A program made the translations under genes and the position numbers. A model generated the notes under the pieces. It did not search any database. It was not told where the DNA came from and saw only the letters and a program-made list of their open reading frames with translations. Of a DNA stretch of 64,000 nucleotides, positions 59,663 through 64,000 are shown piece by piece. The first letter of the stretch is position 1. Every line of letters starts with the position of its first letter. The DNA is from Anolis carolinensis (taxonomy: Eukaryota): positions 64,784,024 to 64,848,023 of the forward strand of contig NC_085845.1 in assembly GCF_035594765.1 (NCBI RefSeq), given 5' to 3'.

Positions 59663-62600
59663 AAATTGATAGGGACAGATGCTGGAGACTCAAAGCAAAT
59701 TGGGGCTCTCTCTCTTCTGGCCTGTATCTTAGCTTCCCGTAGGTATTTGATTTTCCTTGCCTAAAAGCACAATAGATGAGGCAAACTACTTATCCAGAAC
59801 CATAAACTGAGCTACAAATAAAGGTAACAATGAAAACAACTACAACTTTGTTCCGAAAATTTGTACTCATGTTCTATCATACCTGTGAAAGTAAACGCAA
59901 TAATAGTTTATCTTACCTCTGATTTTCTCACCTTCTACAAAAAATATCCTTTCTTTCTCAGTCTCTCTATGGATAATGAGGTAGATAGTATGTGTGTGAA
60001 TGGCGTATTGGAGTGTCACTGTACTAAGTAAATAATTGGTTATTGGGAGAGCTTGGGAGACCAAGACAGTAATAGTTATGTTGACAGCAGGGCTTGATCC
60101 AAGTAGTGATGGGCTCTGGCGTTATCTATACAGCCCCAGCACTTAGGCAGATAGGGAAATAAATTTACTAAATAGTATTTTGTGCACCTGATAAAGAGGG
60201 CTATTGTTCATGGGAACATATGATATTGTGGATTTATTAGCTCTAAATCTGGTCATTAGTACTACCTAGAGTTGATTGACTTAACATAAATGTTAATTTT
60301 CCAAGTTTGTATTTATTAATTTCAAATTGAACCTAACAACTAGATGTTGGCTTGTCCAGGACAAGTCAGTAACACTATCCCTTTGAAAATCCAATACATA
60401 TATATTCAGAAAAAACCTAATTATATTAAAGGATACTTCGACTAAAGCATTCAAAGACTGCAGCCTGAACCTTCCAAGGCTATATAATCCTTAACATTGC
60501 ATGCCCCACCCAACTCCGCATCCCTAAAAGTACCCAAAACACAATTAAAATAGTCCAAGAGCTGTTTTTCCTATCTCATTCCTGCTGTGCTTGCAGGAAT
60601 TGCAATAATTCTGTAGTTTTGAAAGTATTCACAAGTGACCATTCCAGATACTGAAGAACAGAGTGGAAAAATAAAATTTCTTCAATATCTATGTAGGGCC
60701 AAAATATGAGAATTTGTGCCCAAAATTAAGCACGTATAAAGGCTATTAGCTTCATCTCGAGTTCCATAAATGTTAGACTGTGCATTGTGAACAAAAACGG
60801 GGGGGGGGGGTTTACTTAAGGTCTTCAGTACATATCCTTTTATACAATAAAATGCTTAGGGAGATCTTTACAATTCAGATGGAAAAACTTATAACAATTC
60901 CTAGGTCAGTCTTCAGGCATCCCCTGTCAAAATGAACAGGTAGAAAATGATGTCGAAAGCCTTTCCTGAAGATCTGCTGCCAGTGAGAAAAAAACAATGT
61001 GGACTAAATGAATCAGTGGCATGATTTTTAAAGGTATTTTTCTGTGTTAGTCCAAGAGTTTTGTATCCTCAAGGAATGTATTACATGAAGTGTGATGCAT
61101 TCTTTCATAATGTATAACAGTCTGTGGAAGTGAAGAATGCTTACTTTTAAAAAAAAATCAGACATATCCACAGAGTATGAAAAGAAACCTACAAAAGTTT
61201 GGAGTAGTCCTATTTCTCTTGAGTGTTTTGACCTTGATTAAAATGTTGGCAGTTTTATCTTCGACATCAGTTGTTACATTCCCAGATGGTATAAAAGCAT
61301 CCAGAGTTGTCAATGCAGCCCCTTGTCTTACAATGAGGGTTGCTCAGTTTTCCAGGTGAGAAGCTTTAGTTTTGATAGTGCATACATGCTGTCTTGACAC
61401 CAGGATGGCCATTCCTTGCTTGGTTGTTAAATTATGGTACAAAAACTTCTCATTGATTGCAATTTTAAAGCCACTTCAAGGCCCCGTTTTGGCCCCATGG
61501 TTTCGCTGTGCCTGTACAATTGAAGAGAATAGCTTCAGTGATGGGTACTATTATGGCCATTGTATTCCTGTGAGGTGGAATGTAAGTCACTGCTAAAGCT
61601 ATTCTGCTTGTCTAAAATGTCTGCATTTCTTGCCATTGCTAAAGGAATTATGTAGCCTCCTATGATGTAAAAGTGCATCTCACTAGATGCCACACAGGCT
61701 ATGAAAAACGTATTTGCCTCAGAGGACAGCTCTTAGCTTTTTATATTTTAACCACATCTCTAGTTCCATTCCAGAGAGATTGTATGTAAAGAATTGTTCT
61801 TTTTGAGATTTTCTGAAGCTTGATCATTAAAGAATAATCTTCAAAATGTACCAGTTCAACAGCTACTGATGCTCTTTCATATGATTATTTCGTTATGCAT
61901 TAGCATGCAGCCCATATATTGATTAATCATACGATGCTAGCTTGTATGTTGTATTGTCACTGCAAAACTCACTGTGTTCAAAGCTTATTATATTCCATTT
62001 TAAAATATTTGTATACAGTAGCTCAATGAATGAAAGGAGACTATTCAAAATAAATCTTAAGTCACTGTTAAGCTTGCAATTTTTTTGATCCTCAGCATAT
62101 TTTGCCAACAGCTGATCAAAATCTCCTGTTTCTTTGCATGCTACTCCATTCCTCAATGGTTCACTTTTTATTTCTATGCAATAACTTCCATAATTCTCAA
62201 GCCATTAACTCTAGCAAGCATGGATCTAATTATAATAAACCTTATTTACTTTTCAGGGCAAAAATAACATCTGGCCAACAAATCAATATGCAGAGTAGAG
62301 TGGCTCTTGAAAACACAAGTTGGATGAGTTCATGGTTAACTTTACTATGACTCAAATCCTGATCAATGTCATGGGTTAGGTAATGTAAAGAAGTTATAAA
62401 AATAATGGTCCTAAAATATATCAGAGTGCATTCTTTATGCTTACCCTCACACATCAAGGATTCAGTGACAAGGGTTCACAGTTTCCGGAGATGCTAACAT
62501 TTCTTCGAAATCAAGCCCTTTCTTTTGGAATGGCTGTGGAAGTGTCTGAAGTAGTGTTGTGCTATTGCATGGAATTGCTGTTCGTTTTGTGTAGTTTCAT

Positions 62601-62964
62601 TTGTGTCATCTCATTTTTGTATTTGGTTCCCGCTAACGAAAATAGACAACCTATATGACTTGAATTTTCTTCTGGCTTTCAAGGCTCAACCCCCCCCCCC
62701 TCGGTTTTTGGGCTAGAGGGGTGAAAATTGCCACACACTGAGGGCATTTCGATCCCTTTTAGCCCACCAACTTTTAAAACCTTTGGATCATCCCCAGAGT
62801 ACTATTGTTATTATTAATATTATTATTATTAACATCCATTTCCACACACATCAGATGTAATATGGAGGCTATCCTCTCCCAGGCTCAGCGTTAGATTCCC
62901 AGAGTAGCTAGCTATCGTTATAAACACACATTGGTACACATCAGCTGTAATGAGAAAACAGCTC

Positions 62965-63138
62965 TCTGTCAGTACTTGCTTATTGTTACGAGGCAGAAAC
63001 AAAAGGAAAATGAAAGCAAGCACGATTACTGTGCGGCTTTCATTTTTGTGTCGCCTCTTGTTTCCTACGAAAATGTCATCATTCGTTTTGTGTAGACGAA
63101 CGGTCAAAACAAAACGATAGCACGAAGGAAATGACAGA
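62965..63138. other. twin-hairpin, CpG-retaining structured element (candidate ancient conserved repeat or structured RNA)
   Basis: Stems AAAATGAAAGC/GCTTTCATTTT, TCGTTTTGT/ACAAAACGA and a closing TCTGTCA/TGACAGA. Confidence 0.45.
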
Positions 63139-64000
63139 AAACTTTTCACACACATCTCTAGTCTGAAGTGATGCTTCCAGTTTTTGGCAATCTACTCAAT
63201 TTTAAAATTAATCTATTTCTCATACATATACATATACACCCTAATCTGTTTTGTGGATCAATGGGAAAAGATCCTCATATACAATACTGAGTAAACGTAT
63301 TCAACTCTTCCAGAGACTATAAATCGGGCAATGATAACAAAGACCTTTTAGCAAGATTTATCTTCCCTGCAACTTGCAGCTTTCTGCGTAGGTGGCTTTT
63401 ATGTGGAGAGGGAGTTGGAGGAGTTCAAGTTCCACTTTCATGCTACTTGAATCTAGTAGTTTCTAACACCACTTTCTCTGGTAGTTGTGGAGGAAAGATG
63501 GAAGTAAATTAAAAGTTGTCTCCTTTCCTACAAGAACTAAAAAGGTCAGGATCTCTCTGGTTTATTTATTTCTAATCAAAACGTGAATTGTATTCTGGGT
63601 TGTATTCCAGGAAATTAGACAGCTCTCTTGCTGTGATATGTCAACCATGAGATGGTTTGTACTTGCACAACCAACTTTGCTTAAGCCAAAATAGACTTTA
63701 TTAATACTCTGTTGTTCACAGAGAGAATATTAAATATGGTGCTCTTTCACTTTTCCCCCATTTTCTAACCACTTTTGCTGTGTCAACTAGAATTGAAGGT
63801 GATAGCTCCATCTGCTTCCCTTCTGTCTTAAACTATCAGCCAATTAAATAAGAAAAGAACATGCCAACTTTTCCAATAGCTTTCTGAACAGTTTGTGTAT
63901 GCCACCCATTCAAAGATGTATTTGAATAATCTGGTATTGCCCAGATTATGAGTTTCGATTCACTGTCCATTCAAAAAGAGCCCTTGTTCACCCTGCTTAC

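Noticed and set aside
62843-63156. 10-bp direct repeat CACACACATC as a TSD around the hairpin element
   Set aside because: Low-complexity CA sequence with similar motifs inside the interval, so likely chance.
1-64000. Known miRNA, snoRNA or rRNA genes and intact autonomous transposons
   Set aside because: I recognised no mature miRNA or structural RNA sequence by eye, and all TE coding remnants are truncated or disrupted. An Rfam/miRBase scan is needed to exclude them formally.

Overview
Eukaryotic, AT-rich, CpG-poor vertebrate DNA. The repeat set (Sauria SINEs, a SINE with a Vingi-type tail, CR1/L2/RTE LINE remnants, hAT/Harbinger/Tc1-mariner MITEs, solo LTRs) points to a squamate reptile, most likely an Anolis lizard. 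I find no intact host protein-coding gene, rRNA, tRNA or CRISPR array. The ORFs I can assign a function to are retroelement debris, and the window looks like a large intron or gene desert. Many insertions can be delimited exactly by target-site duplications (TSDs). Repeat-free blocks between them look like conserved non-coding or enhancer elements (inference only). The most unusual items are: (1) a ~420-bp GC-rich branched fold-back cassette at 36.7-37.1 kb; (2) an intact 131-codon basic/acidic ORF inside a 1.1-kb solo LTR; (3) a twin-hairpin CpG-retaining element at ~63.0 kb; (4) a SPIN (horizontally transferred hAT) end; (5) a 2.05-kb hAT element carrying a higher-order minisatellite and nested MITEs; (6) a dense TGACAG (MEIS/TALE) cluster and a strong-splice-site non-coding exon candidate. 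I cannot demonstrate a new biological system from sequence alone. Family names come from recall of consensus features, not from a database search.
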